Below, piece after piece: positions 54,005-63,820 of a stretch of DNA of 64,000 nucleotides; within the stretch, counting starts at the first letter, position 1; each line of letters starts with the position of its first letter. This stretch comes from Escherichia coli (GTDB lineage Bacteria; Pseudomonadota; Gammaproteobacteria; Enterobacterales; Enterobacteriaceae): NCBI RefSeq assembly GCF_051903065.1, contig NZ_CP178438.1; one strand, 5' to 3'. The notes beneath the pieces were generated by a model. It was not told where the DNA came from and did not search any database. It saw only the letters and a list, made by a program, of their open reading frames with translations. The position numbers and the translations under genes are program-made.

Positions 54005-54079
54005 GTCCTCTTAGTTAAATGGATATAACGAGCCCCTCCTAAGGGCTAATTGCAGGTTCGATTCCTGCAGGGGACACCA
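54005..54079 (+). tRNA. argW: tRNA-Arg (anticodon CCU)
   Basis: 75-nt cloverleaf GTCCTCTTAGTTAAATGGATATAACGAGCCCCTCCTAAGGGCTAATTGCAGGTTCGATTCCTGCAGGGGACACCA. Confidence 0.9.
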
Positions 54080-54254
54080 TGCACACCTCTCCTGAAATCT
54101 ACCATACCCCACAAAAAGCCTTTATAATCAGCACATACCCTTACTTATGTTACTCAAATAGTCGCCTTAATTCTCCTCAGGGGAACGTAAATCAAGTCAC
54201 ATTTGGGGGCCTATTTAGGGGCACATCTTGGTCAATCTATTGCGAGGCCCCCAG

Positions 54255-54888
54255 ATGCCACTGACAGCTCGACAAGTTGAAACAGCCAAACCCAAAGATA
54301 AAATTTATAAGATTGCCGATGGTGGTGGGCTCTACCTTCAGGTCAATCCTAACGGCTCAAAGTACTGGCGAATGAAGTACCACTATGCGGGGAAGGAAAA
54401 GAAACTATCATTTGGCACCTATCCAACTATTACATTGGCTGAAGCTCGCAAACGTCGGGATGAAGCCAAGAAAATACATGCCGATGGTAAAGATCCCGGT
54501 GAAGTCAAGAAAGCTGAAAATCTTGAGAAAAACCTTTCCGAAGGAAGAACTTTTGCCGCAATCGCCACCGAGTGGTACAACGCAAAAGTTTCAGGCTGGT
54601 CTGCCAGCTACGCTGATTATGTCGACAGAGCATTCAAAAATAATGTGTTTCCCTACATTGGAAACAGACCCATTAGTGAAATCGAACCTCTTGAACTTCT
54701 CGCAGTTCTTCAGCGTATCGAAAGCCGAGGAGCCTGCGAGCTAGCTAATAAAGTTCGCCAACGATGTGGTGAAGTGTTTCGGTATGCCATTGTTACAGGT
54801 CGGGCACGATACAATCCAGCTTCTGATCTGGTTATAGCAATGAAAAGCTATAAGCGAACACATTACCCTTTCCTGCTTCCTCCTGAAC
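54255..54888 (+). pseudogene. P4-type tyrosine integrase (IntS-like), N-terminal fragment, interrupted by IS903-type insertion
   Basis: MPLTARQVETAKPKDKIYKIADGGGLYLQVNPNGSKYWRMKYHYAGKEKKLSFGTYP...; reading frame resumes after the insertion. Confidence 0.85.
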
Positions 54889-55945
54889 GGCTTTGTTGAA
54901 TAAATCAGATTTCGGGTAAGTCTCCCCCGTAGCGGGTTGTGTTTTCAGGCAATACGCACGCTTTCAGGCATACCTGCTTTCGTCATTTTGTTCAGCGCTC
55001 GTACCAGGGCCATAGCCTCTGCAACCTGACCATCGTAGTCACGCAGTGTCAGTGAACCCCCGAACAGCTGTTTTACCCGGTACATCGCCGTTTCCGCTAT
55101 CGAGCGACGGTTGTAATCTGTTGTCCATTTCCACCGCGCATTACTCCCGGTCATTCGCTGATTAGCCACTGCACGGTTACGGTCTGCATATTCACCGGGC
55201 CAGTAACCCGCACCTTTTCGGGGAGGGATAAGCGCGCTGATTTTCTTACGCCGCAGTTCATCGTGACATAGCCGGGTATCGTAAGCGCCATCGGCGGCGG
55301 CTGACCTGATTTTCCGGTGGGTTTGCCGGATTAACCCGGGGAAGGCCTCTGAGTCCGTAACGTTGTTCAGCGACAGGTCAGCGCAGATGATTTCATGTGT
55401 TTTACTGTCAACGGCGAGATGCAGCTTACGCCAGATACGGCGGCGTTCCTGGCCATGCTTTTTGACTTTCCACTCGCCTTCACCGAAGACCTTCAGCCCG
55501 GTGGAATCAATTACCAGGTGTGCGATTTCACCCCGGGTGGGCGTTTTGAAACTGACATTAACCGACTTTGCCCGCCTGCTGACACAGCTGTAATCCGGGC
55601 AGCGTAGCGGAACGTTCATCAGAGAAAAAATGGAATCAATAAAGCCCTGCGCAGCGCGCAGGGTCAGCCTGAATACGCGTTTAATGACCAGCACAGTCGT
55701 GATGGCAAGGTCAGAATAGCGCTGAGGTCTGCCTCGTGAAGAAGGTGTTGCTGACTCATACCAGGCCTGAATAGCTTCATCATCCAGCCAGAAAGTTATG
55801 GAGCCACGGTTGATGAGGGCTTTATTGTAGGTGGGCCAGTTGGTGATTTTGAACTTTTGCTTTGCCACGGAACGGTCTGCGTTGTCGGGAAGATACGTGA
55901 TCTGATCCTTCAACTCAGCAAAAGTTCGATTTATTCAACAAAGCC
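54889..55945 (-). mobile_element. IS903-type insertion sequence (IS5 family), 1057 bp
   Basis: 18-bp terminal inverted repeats GGCTTTGTTGAATAAATC at both ends; flanked by a perfect 9-bp direct repeat CTCCTGAAC (54880-54888 and 55946-55954). Confidence 0.9.
54945..55913 (-). CDS. IS903-type transposase (DDE)
   Basis: 322 aa; MKDQITYLPDNADRSVAKQKFKITNWPTYNKALINRGSITFWLDD... Confidence 0.9.
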   Translation of the reverse strand: MKDQITYLPDNADRSVAKQKFKITNWPTYNKALINRGSITFWLDDEAIQAWYESATPSSRGRPQRYSDLAITTVLVIKRVFRLTLRAAQGFIDSIFSLMNVPLRCPDYSCVSRRAKSVNVSFKTPTRGEIAHLVIDSTGLKVFGEGEWKVKKHGQERRRIWRKLHLAVDSKTHEIICADLSLNNVTDSEAFPGLIRQTHRKIRSAAADGAYDTRLCHDELRRKKISALIPPRKGAGYWPGEYADRNRAVANQRMTGSNARWKWTTDYNRRSIAETAMYRVKQLFGGSLTLRDYDGQVAEAMALVRALNKMTKAGMPESVRIA

Positions 55946-55954
55946 CTCCTGAAC

Positions 55955-56511
55955 TACCAGAGTTTTTATACAAACTCGAAAACTACACCGGCAGTATTGT
56001 AACCCGTGAAGCTACAAAATTGTTGATGCTCACAGGGCTGAGAACAGTAGAATTACGTATGGGGGAATGGTGTGAGATCGATTTTACCCAAAAGATATGG
56101 GAAGTTCCTCCGACCCGGATGAAAATGAGGAAGGAGCATATCGTCCCTCTGTCAGATCAGGCAATCCAGTCTCTGCAAATCCTCAAAGAACTGACTGGAA
56201 GATACAGATACATCTTTGCCGGAAGAAATGATGTTAACAGGCCTATCAGCGATGCAAGCGTCAATATGGTTTTGAAGAAGATTGGCTATGACAAAAAAGC
56301 TACCGGGCATGGATTTCGTCATACAATGAGTACTGTTCTACACGAGCAAGGATTCAATAGTGCATGGATTGAAATGCAACTTGCACATACGGACAAAAAC
56401 AGCATTCGTGGTACATACAACCATGCTCGTTACCTTGAAGGAAGACGAGAAATGATGCAATGGTACGCTGACTACCTTGATGCTCTTCGAAAAGAGTCAC
56501 CAGCTATATAA
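55955..56511 (+). pseudogene. P4-type tyrosine integrase, C-terminal catalytic fragment
   Basis: Frame continues from the N-terminal fragment once the IS and one repeat copy are removed; catalytic-domain motifs (HGFRHT, terminal Y). Confidence 0.85.
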
Positions 56512-56805
56512 TCGCTTGATTTTAAAGGCTGACTTAACGATATCCCCCTGATAGTCATTTATCAGTTATCTAATTATTAAGTCAGCCATAATCCCCTAAG
56601 TATCATTCCTTAATCAGATTCAGCACCTTGTAATACGACCGGTTAATTTAGAAAGAGACGATAGATAAACGCTTATGATGAAATACTAAGAAATTACTTC
56701 AGGCTCTATTAACTGGAGCTGTAATAGACAATAATTTAAATAACGCAATAGTTATATTTATATCTTAATATAAATTTCCACTGTATTTAAGGTAATGACT
56801 CCAAC

Positions 56806-57309
56806 TTATTGATAGTGTTTTATGTTCAGATAATGCCCGATGACTTTGTCATGCAGCTCCACCGATTTTGAGAACGACAGCGACTTCCGTCCCAGCCGTG
56901 CCAGGTGCTGCCTCAGATTCAGGTTATGCCGCTCAATTCGCTGCGTATATCGCTTGCTGATTACGTGCAGCTTTCCCTTCAGGCGGGATTCATACAGCGG
57001 CCAGCCATCCGTCATCCATATCACCACGTCAAAGGGTGACAGCAGGCTCATAAGACGCCCCAGCGTCGCCATAGTGCGTTCACCGAATACGTGCGCAACA
57101 ACCGTCTTCCGGAGCCTGTCATACGCGTAAAACAGCCAGCGCTGGCGCGATTTAGCCCCGACATAGCCCCACTGTTCGTCCATTTCCGCGCAGACGATGA
57201 CGTCACTGCCCGGCTGTATGCGCGAGGTTACCGACTGCGGCCTGAGTTTTTTAAGTGACGTAAAATCGTGTTGAGGCCAACGCCCATAATGCGGGCTGTT
57301 GCCCGGCAT
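56806..57309 (-). CDS. insB: IS1 InsB
   Basis: 167-aa ORF in IS1. Confidence 0.9.
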
Positions 57310-57503
57310 CCAACGCCATTCATGGCCATATCAATGATTTTCTGGTGCGTACCGGGTTGAGAAGCGGTGTAAGTGAACTGCAGTTGCCATGTTTTACGGC
57401 AGTGAGAGCAGAGATAGCGCTGATGTCCGGCGGTGCTTTTGCCGTTACGCACCACCCCGTCAGTAGCTGAACAGGAGGGACAGCTGATAGAAACAGAAGC
57501 CAC
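57228..57503 (-). CDS. insA: IS1 InsA
   Basis: 91-aa [46 protein letters not shown]. Confidence 0.9.
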
Positions 57504-57535
57504 TGGAGCACCTCAAAAACACCATCATACACTAA

Positions 57536-57937
<402 letters not shown>

Positions 57938-58033
57938 CATGCATCACAACAGCTCCTCATAGGCACTCAGTGGTCGATGTTCCACCTGACTGATCTGCTG
58001 CCAGAGCGGGGCGTGAGGTTCCGGTACTATCTG

Positions 58034-58375
58034 CTAGCCAGACGACACTGAGCAGAGGCGATGTGAGGCCACCAGTTTCTCATTACTGTAGATCCGCAAC
58101 TCATCGTTCAGCGATATTCGTATCGAGACTGGCTGACCACACAGCATTTCGGGAACGCTGTACTGATTACCTCCAACTTCGTTATAGCGGGTCCCAGGAC
58201 ACATGGCGGATGTCGAAGTAACTGGTATCGAAGTCTGTATCCGGTAACGGCTGCAGATGTTCCTGCTCCAGCGCGAAGCGCTGTTCCGGCGTTTCTTTGA
58301 ACTGACGAAGCTCCCATTTGTCAGCCACATCGGCTAGCGCCAGCTAACCTATGCGGTACTGGCCTTGGTGCTAAC
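58034..58375 (-). pseudogene. IS21-family IstA transposase fragment (frameshifted)
   Basis: Minus-strand frames give ...EQEHLQPLPDTDFDTSYFDIRHVSWDPL and GNQYSVPEMLCGQPVSIRISLNDELRIYSNEKLVASHRL; opposite orientation to the istB fragment. Confidence 0.6.
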
Positions 58376-58616
58376 CCGCGTTAAAGCTACCACGTTGATC
58401 AGAGCCTCTCTCCCGGAAAGTCATACTGTCTTACATATTAATCACTCAAAATAGAGTAAATAAAATCATACAACTAGAGAGTGATTATAATTGTTATTGA
58501 ACACTGGTTATCCCATTTTTGTTATATTGATCACAAAACCCTTCTTTTTATGATGATCTAAAAATAAATATTAAATATTGTGGTCAGGCCGCTAGACCAC
58601 AATAAGAGGAAATATC

Positions 58617-59906
58617 ATGAAAAGAAAAACCATGGGGTGGATTATCGTTTTTCTTCTGTTTATAGTTTACATGCTGAACTATATGGATCGTTCTGCATTA
58701 TCGATTACGGCCCCACTTATCGAAAAAGAGTTAGGCTTTAATGCTGCTGAAATGGGGATGATTTTCAGCGCATTTTTCGTTGGTTATGCTTTATTTAACT
58801 TCATTGGCGGTTGGGCCAGTGACAAAGTTGGACCCAAAACAGTATTTTTGGTTGCTGCACTGTTGTGGTCTGTTTTTTGTGGTATGACCGGTCTGGTCAC
58901 CGGATTATGGACAATGCTTGCCGTACGTGTTTTATTTGGTATGGCAGAGGGCCCGGTTAGTGCAGCAGGAAATAAAATTATTAATAACTGGATCTCGCGT
59001 AAAGAGTCGGCAACAGCTATCGGTATTTTTAGTGCTGGTTCACCACTTGGTGGCGCTATTTCTGGTCCGGTCGTTGGCTTGCTGGCAATATCACTTGGCT
59101 GGCGTCCGGCGTTTGGGATCATATTTATATTTGGCCTAGTTTGGGTATTACTGTGGTACTTCTTTGTCAGTGATAAACCGTCAAAAAGTAAACGTCTGGC
59201 AGCGGAAGAACGTGTCGATTTCGAAAACCATGACGATATTATTCTAGCCGAAGATGGTAAAGGTACACCTTCGCTTGGTTATTACATGAAGCAGCCGATG
59301 GTATGGGCGACCACGCTGGCATTTTTTAGCTATAACTATATTCTATTTTTCTTTCTTACTTGGTTTCCAAGCTATTTGAATCATTCATTACACATTGATA
59401 TTAAAGAAATTAGTATTGCAACTGTTATCCCGTGGTTTATTGGGGCAATTGGCATGGTGTTAGGTGGCGTCTGCTCTGACTTTATTTATCGTATTACGGG
59501 AAATGCCTTACTTTCTCGCCGTTTAATTCTCGGCAGTTGCCTTGCGGGGGCCGCGGTTTGTGTCGCTGTTTCCGGAACTGTTACCTCTATTGGTAGTGCG
59601 ATTACGCTGATGTCTGTTTCCTTATTCCTGCTTTATCTAACTGGACCTATTTATTGGGCTGTTATTCAGGATGTAGTGCATAAAGATAAAGTAGGTAGCG
59701 TAGGCGGTGCGATGCACGGTCTGGCAAATATTTCCGGCATTATTGGTCCATTGGTAACCGGTTTTATTGTCCAGTTCAGTGGTAAATATGATTACGCATT
59801 CTATCTTGCAGGTGCCATAGCAATCATTTCAAGTCTGCTGGTATTCATTTTTGTTAAAAATAAAGGATTGAAATTCAATGAAAGTCAAAGCTGTGTACAT
59901 CAATAA
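58617..59906 (+). CDS. MFS transporter, anion:cation symporter (ACS) type (sugar-acid/hexuronate-like)
   Basis: 429 aa, 12 predicted TM; motif GGWASDKVGPK; absent from this position in K-12. Confidence 0.85.
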   Translation: MKRKTMGWIIVFLLFIVYMLNYMDRSALSITAPLIEKELGFNAAEMGMIFSAFFVGYALFNFIGGWASDKVGPKTVFLVAALLWSVFCGMTGLVTGLWTMLAVRVLFGMAEGPVSAAGNKIINNWISRKESATAIGIFSAGSPLGGAISGPVVGLLAISLGWRPAFGIIFIFGLVWVLLWYFFVSDKPSKSKRLAAEERVDFENHDDIILAEDGKGTPSLGYYMKQPMVWATTLAFFSYNYILFFFLTWFPSYLNHSLHIDIKEISIATVIPWFIGAIGMVLGGVCSDFIYRITGNALLSRRLILGSCLAGAAVCVAVSGTVTSIGSAITLMSVSLFLLYLTGPIYWAVIQDVVHKDKVGSVGGAMHGLANISGIIGPLVTGFIVQFSGKYDYAFYLAGAIAIISSLLVFIFVKNKGLKFNESQSCVHQ

Positions 59907-60903
59907 ACCTGGTGAAATTGCTACCCGTCTGGTCGATTATCCAGTAAGAAAAGATAATGAAGTTTTAATTAAAGTGGATGCAGCGGGAATTTGTGGTTCT
60001 GACATCGGTGCATTTCGTGGTACTAACCCACTGGTAACTTATCCGAGAATTATTGGACATGAAGTCACCGGGATTGTTCTGGAAACCGGTGAGGGGGTAC
60101 CACAAAATATCAAACAGGGCGACCGGGTTATTGTAGATCCCTATGTTTATTGCGGTCACTGTTATCCATGTTCTGTAGGTAGAACTAATTGCTGCGAGAA
60201 CTTAAAAGTCATCGGCGTACATATTGATGGCGCTATGCAAGAAGTGGTTTCGCATCCGGCTCACTTAATTCACAAAATTCCTGACAATGTACCGTCAGAG
60301 ATGGCGCCACTGGCTGAACCCTTAACTATTGCCCTACACGCATTACATCGAGCGCAATTGAAAGCAGGTGAACATGTCGTCATTATTGGTGCAGGCGCTA
60401 TTGGACTTATGGCGGCCCTGAGTTCGTTGAACTATAAAGCAACTCCCATTCTGGTTGATATTGTCGATGAACGGTTGCAATACGCGAAATCGCTCGGCGT
60501 ACCTTATGTAGTAAACTCCGCAAAAGCTAATGTTATTGAGGCAGTGAAAGATATTACACAAGGGACGATGGCTCAGGTTGTGGTGGAAGCCTCTGGTGCA
60601 AATAGCGCAATCAGAAGTACCCTGGATCTGGCCTCATTTGCAGGGCGTATAGCCTATACTGGTTGGCCAAAGCAGGAAACATCGTTACCAACTAATCTAA
60701 TTACCTTTAAAGAACTAGATTTACGTGGTTCCCGTACCAGTGCCGGTGAATTTGAAGAAGCCCTGCAAATGTTATCAACGCTGAATATTAATCCGGCTGA
60801 TATCGTGAGCAAAGTCGTGACAATAGATGAAGTTCCTGAGGCTGTAAAAGAGTTAGATCAATTTCCGGAACGCTATCTGAAAATTAACGTGAAATTCATT
60901 TAA
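59878..60903 (+). CDS. Zn-dependent medium-chain dehydrogenase (L-galactonate 5-dehydrogenase LgoD-like)
   Basis: 341 aa; catalytic Zn GHEVTG, structural Zn CGHCYPCSVGRTNCC, NAD motif GAGAIGL; overlaps the MFS gene by 29 nt. Confidence 0.85.
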   Translation: MKVKAVYINKPGEIATRLVDYPVRKDNEVLIKVDAAGICGSDIGAFRGTNPLVTYPRIIGHEVTGIVLETGEGVPQNIKQGDRVIVDPYVYCGHCYPCSVGRTNCCENLKVIGVHIDGAMQEVVSHPAHLIHKIPDNVPSEMAPLAEPLTIALHALHRAQLKAGEHVVIIGAGAIGLMAALSSLNYKATPILVDIVDERLQYAKSLGVPYVVNSAKANVIEAVKDITQGTMAQVVVEASGANSAIRSTLDLASFAGRIAYTGWPKQETSLPTNLITFKELDLRGSRTSAGEFEEALQMLSTLNINPADIVSKVVTIDEVPEAVKELDQFPERYLKINVKFI

Positions 60904-60930
60904 TTATAATTAACAAAAATAAAAAGTCTG

Positions 60931-60959
60931 ACGCGTAGTGTATTCACTACGCGTTTTTT
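60931..60959 (+). terminator. rho-independent terminator of the MFS-dehydrogenase operon
   Basis: acgcgtagtg-tatt-cactacgcgt stem followed by ttttt. Confidence 0.7.
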
Positions 60960-60961
60960 GT

Positions 60962-61403
60962 GTGCGCCGTGACTGGCGCTGTTCTTCAACTGTGGTGGCT
61001 GAAGAACGACTAAGAGGTGAAAGTTCTCCAAACACCCGGTGAGGGGAAATGTTAGCGGAAGGCAAGGATGTTCATCGCGAGGTGAAATCTGAAGGAAGCC
61101 GGATGCAAAATGCTGGCCTGACGAACAGGAAGCGGCTAAGGCGGCACAAATCACCAAAGCCCAATACTCACACGGAACGCGGTGACGTACAGCCGACAGG
61201 CATAAGCAGGAAAGTCGTGCGAATTACCCCGGGAGATCTGCCGCTCTGCCAGTGTGCTACCGACGCCGTAGTAGCGCTGCAAAACCGGCAGCATGAAGGG
61301 CCGAACATAATTAACCGTGATTAGGACATCCGAACCCGATGATGATTAATGAAGCATAAACGCAGGCAACTGCGGCCAGCGGCAGAAGAGACGGACGGCA
61401 TCC
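60962..61403 (+). other. candidate 5' fragment of a group II intron RNA (domain I region), truncated
   Basis: Begins GTGCGCC immediately after a terminator U-tract; GC-rich non-coding stretch with GNRA-like loops; no domain V or RT ORF; abuts the IS3-family element. Confidence 0.4.
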
Positions 61404-61446
61404 TGAGGTGTACTGGCAATAGCGGACACTACCATTTGTTCTTTTT

Positions 61447-62265
61447 TTAAGCAGCCATCTGATGATATTTTTCCCTGAAGGCTGCCGGGGAGATATTCCC
61501 CAGACGAGAGTGACGACGCTGACGATTGTAGAAAATCTCAATGTATTCCCGTATTACTGAGATGGCCTCATCCCGGCTATTAAAACGATAGTGGCTCAGG
61601 CTCTCATTTTTCAGCGTTCCCCAGAAGCTTTCCATCGGAGCGTTGTCGTAACAGTTACCTTTACGCGACATTGATGTTTTCAGACCAAACTGCTCCTGGA
61701 TGACCCGGTAATCGTATGCGCAGTACTGTGAACCTCGATCGGAGTGGTGGATTAGCCCAGCAGGTGGGCGCTGGCTCCTGAGCGCCATAAACATGGCTTT
61801 ACCTGTCAGCTCTTTTGTCATGCGCTCTCCCATGGCGTAGCCGACAATTTCGCACGTATAAACATCTTTGATGCCAGCGAGGTACAACCATCCCTCCTGT
61901 GTGGCAACATACGTCAGGTCCGCCACCCAGACCTGATTTGGTACTGTAGGAGCGAACGTCTGGTTCAGCAGATTTGGCGCAACTGGCAGATTGTGGCTCG
62001 AGTTCGTAGTCGCTCTGAACTTGCGTTTCTGCTTACAGCGTAGCCTTAGCTCCTTACGAAGACGTGCCAGTCGGTCACGACCAACGATGATGCCATTCTC
62101 TGCCAGCTCCGTCTGGAGCCGCCGGGTTCCATATGTTTCGCGAGTGCTGATATGTGCCACCTTAATCTCCAGTTTTAGCCGCTCATCACTTTGTTTTCTG
62201 TCTGAGGGGTCATGCTGTACCCAGTTGTAATAACCGCTCCTGGATACACCAAATACCTGACACAT
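61447..62265 (-). CDS. IS3-family transposase OrfB (DDE integrase-like domain)
   Basis: 272 aa; ...VWVADLTYV..., [19 protein letters not shown] motifs. Confidence 0.88.
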   Translation of the reverse strand: MCQVFGVSRSGYYNWVQHDPSDRKQSDERLKLEIKVAHISTRETYGTRRLQTELAENGIIVGRDRLARLRKELRLRCKQKRKFRATTNSSHNLPVAPNLLNQTFAPTVPNQVWVADLTYVATQEGWLYLAGIKDVYTCEIVGYAMGERMTKELTGKAMFMALRSQRPPAGLIHHSDRGSQYCAYDYRVIQEQFGLKTSMSRKGNCYDNAPMESFWGTLKNESLSHYRFNSRDEAISVIREYIEIFYNRQRRHSRLGNISPAAFREKYHQMAA

Positions 62266-62342
62266 CGCTTCAATGGGAAATTGTTGTCGCCATTGTTCGA
62301 TTAACGCGTATTTTTCAGCGACTCCTGTGCAAAATACGCTGT

Positions 62343-63563
62343 TGTAGATTCAATCTGTCAATGCAACACCCCTTTCAATTATCTCTTTCGGTGTTTTGAA
62401 CTTCAGTGTCTTTCTCGGTCTGTTGTTTAGCTGAGCAGCAACCAGATCTAGTTCATGTTGAGTATATTGGGCAAGACATGTCTTTTTAGGAAAGTACTGC
62501 CGAATTAGCCCATTTGTGTTCTCATTTGTTCCCCGCTGCCAAGGACTCTGAGGATCGCAGAAGTAAACTTTAACGCCGGTGCTGACAGTAAATTCTAGAT
62601 GTCTGGCCAGTTCCATTCCTCTGTCCCATGTCAGTGATTTTCTGAGTTCTGACGGTAAACTCAGGAATTTGTCGGTAAGAGCCTGATTTACTGAGACAGA
62701 ATCTTTGCCCCTGAGTCTAAGGATGATCGTATAACGTGATTTTCGGTCTACAAGTGTGGCTATATGAGAGTTTTTTGTACCTAAGACTAAATCGCCCTCC
62801 CAATGCCCCAGAGAGCGTCTGTTATCGATATTTCGGGAACGTTCGTGAATTGGTGTTCCGTTCACTATGTTAATCGTACCTCTTTCGCCTTTGCGGGTAT
62901 GACGCCTGCCATGGCGAAGGCTATGCGACCGTCGCAGATGCTGTATATTCAGGTGGTGTAGCGCTTCACGGCTACGAAAGTACAGCGTTTTATAAATTGT
63001 CTCAGGTGATATTCGCAGCGTTTTTTGACGTGGTTTTGTTCGCCTTAACCATCCTGATATTTGCTCTGGAGACCATTTCATCTCCAGCTTTTCCAGAACA
63101 AGCTTTCGCAATGGTAAATTTTGATCCAGTAAGCACGGTTTTGGCCTTTTCGCCATTCTGTTGGCTCGGTTATTAGCATCAACAGCTTTGTAATAGCGTC
63201 TGCCCCGATTACGCTGAACTTCACGTGAGATCGTCGAAGGACTGCGATTCAGCGCAGTAGCTATCGCACGAATGCTCATTTTGGCTGACAAACCAGCTCG
63301 TATCTCCTCGCGCTCAGACAGTGTCAGGTGAGCTACAGCCCGCTTACGCTCATGGGGTTTTATGCCGCCAGTATCCCTTAACATAGTGAAGATCGTTCCG
63401 GGTTTTGAACCCAGGATATTCGCTATTTCACTGAAGCCTGTTCCGTTCTTCCATAGTTCAAAAACAGAGGCTTTTTCCTCTGCTGTAAATGTTCGTCTCA
63501 TTCAAAAAACCTCTGCAACCCCATGTTTTCACATAACTGTTGCGTTGACCAATTGAATCTACA
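62343..63563 (-). mobile_element. IS30, 1221 bp
   Basis: Ends TGTAGATTCAATCTGTCAATGCAACACCCC and (reverse complement) TGTAGATTCAATTGGTCAACGCAACAG; 383-aa transposase inside. Confidence 0.92.
62350..63501 (-). CDS. insI: IS30 transposase
   Basis: 383 aa; MRRTFTAEEKASVFELWKNGTGFSEIANILGSKPGTIFTMLRD... Confidence 0.92.
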   Translation of the reverse strand: MRRTFTAEEKASVFELWKNGTGFSEIANILGSKPGTIFTMLRDTGGIKPHERKRAVAHLTLSEREEIRAGLSAKMSIRAIATALNRSPSTISREVQRNRGRRYYKAVDANNRANRMAKRPKPCLLDQNLPLRKLVLEKLEMKWSPEQISGWLRRTKPRQKTLRISPETIYKTLYFRSREALHHLNIQHLRRSHSLRHGRRHTRKGERGTINIVNGTPIHERSRNIDNRRSLGHWEGDLVLGTKNSHIATLVDRKSRYTIILRLRGKDSVSVNQALTDKFLSLPSELRKSLTWDRGMELARHLEFTVSTGVKVYFCDPQSPWQRGTNENTNGLIRQYFPKKTCLAQYTQHELDLVAAQLNNRPRKTLKFKTPKEIIERGVALTD

Positions 63564-63820
63564 ACGGCTTTTTTTAATATGTCCCGTTCGTCGGTAACCC
63601 GCTTCAGCTCTTTCTGGAGACGGCGGATCTCGGCCTGAGCATCTGACTGTTCTTTATTAGTGGAAGAATCCGGACCGTACTTCTTTATCCAGGAGTAAAG
63701 GCTGTGGGTGGTGATATTGAGACGTGTTGCAACGCTGGCAACAGAATAACCGCGATCAACAACCTGTTTGACTGCTTCAATTTTAAACTCTTCGGGATAA
63801 CGCTTACCGCTCATGGGCAC
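63564..63820 (-). CDS. IS3-family OrfA (HTH), 3' end interrupted by IS30
   Basis: MSGKRYPEEFKIEAVKQVVDRGYSVASVATRLNITTHSLYSWIKKYG...ERDILKKA, then the A-run slippery site and the IS30 end. Confidence 0.8.

Noticed and set aside
54080-54254. Inverted repeat (tgggggcct...aggccccca) between argW and the integrase start, as a possible att core or regulatory hairpin
   Set aside because: Cannot be distinguished from a chance palindrome without the island's other end; not reported as a feature.
61049-61324. 91-aa plus-strand ORF inside the intron-like segment
   Set aside because: No homology-like features and no ribosome-binding site; the region is better explained as structured RNA remnant or non-coding relic.
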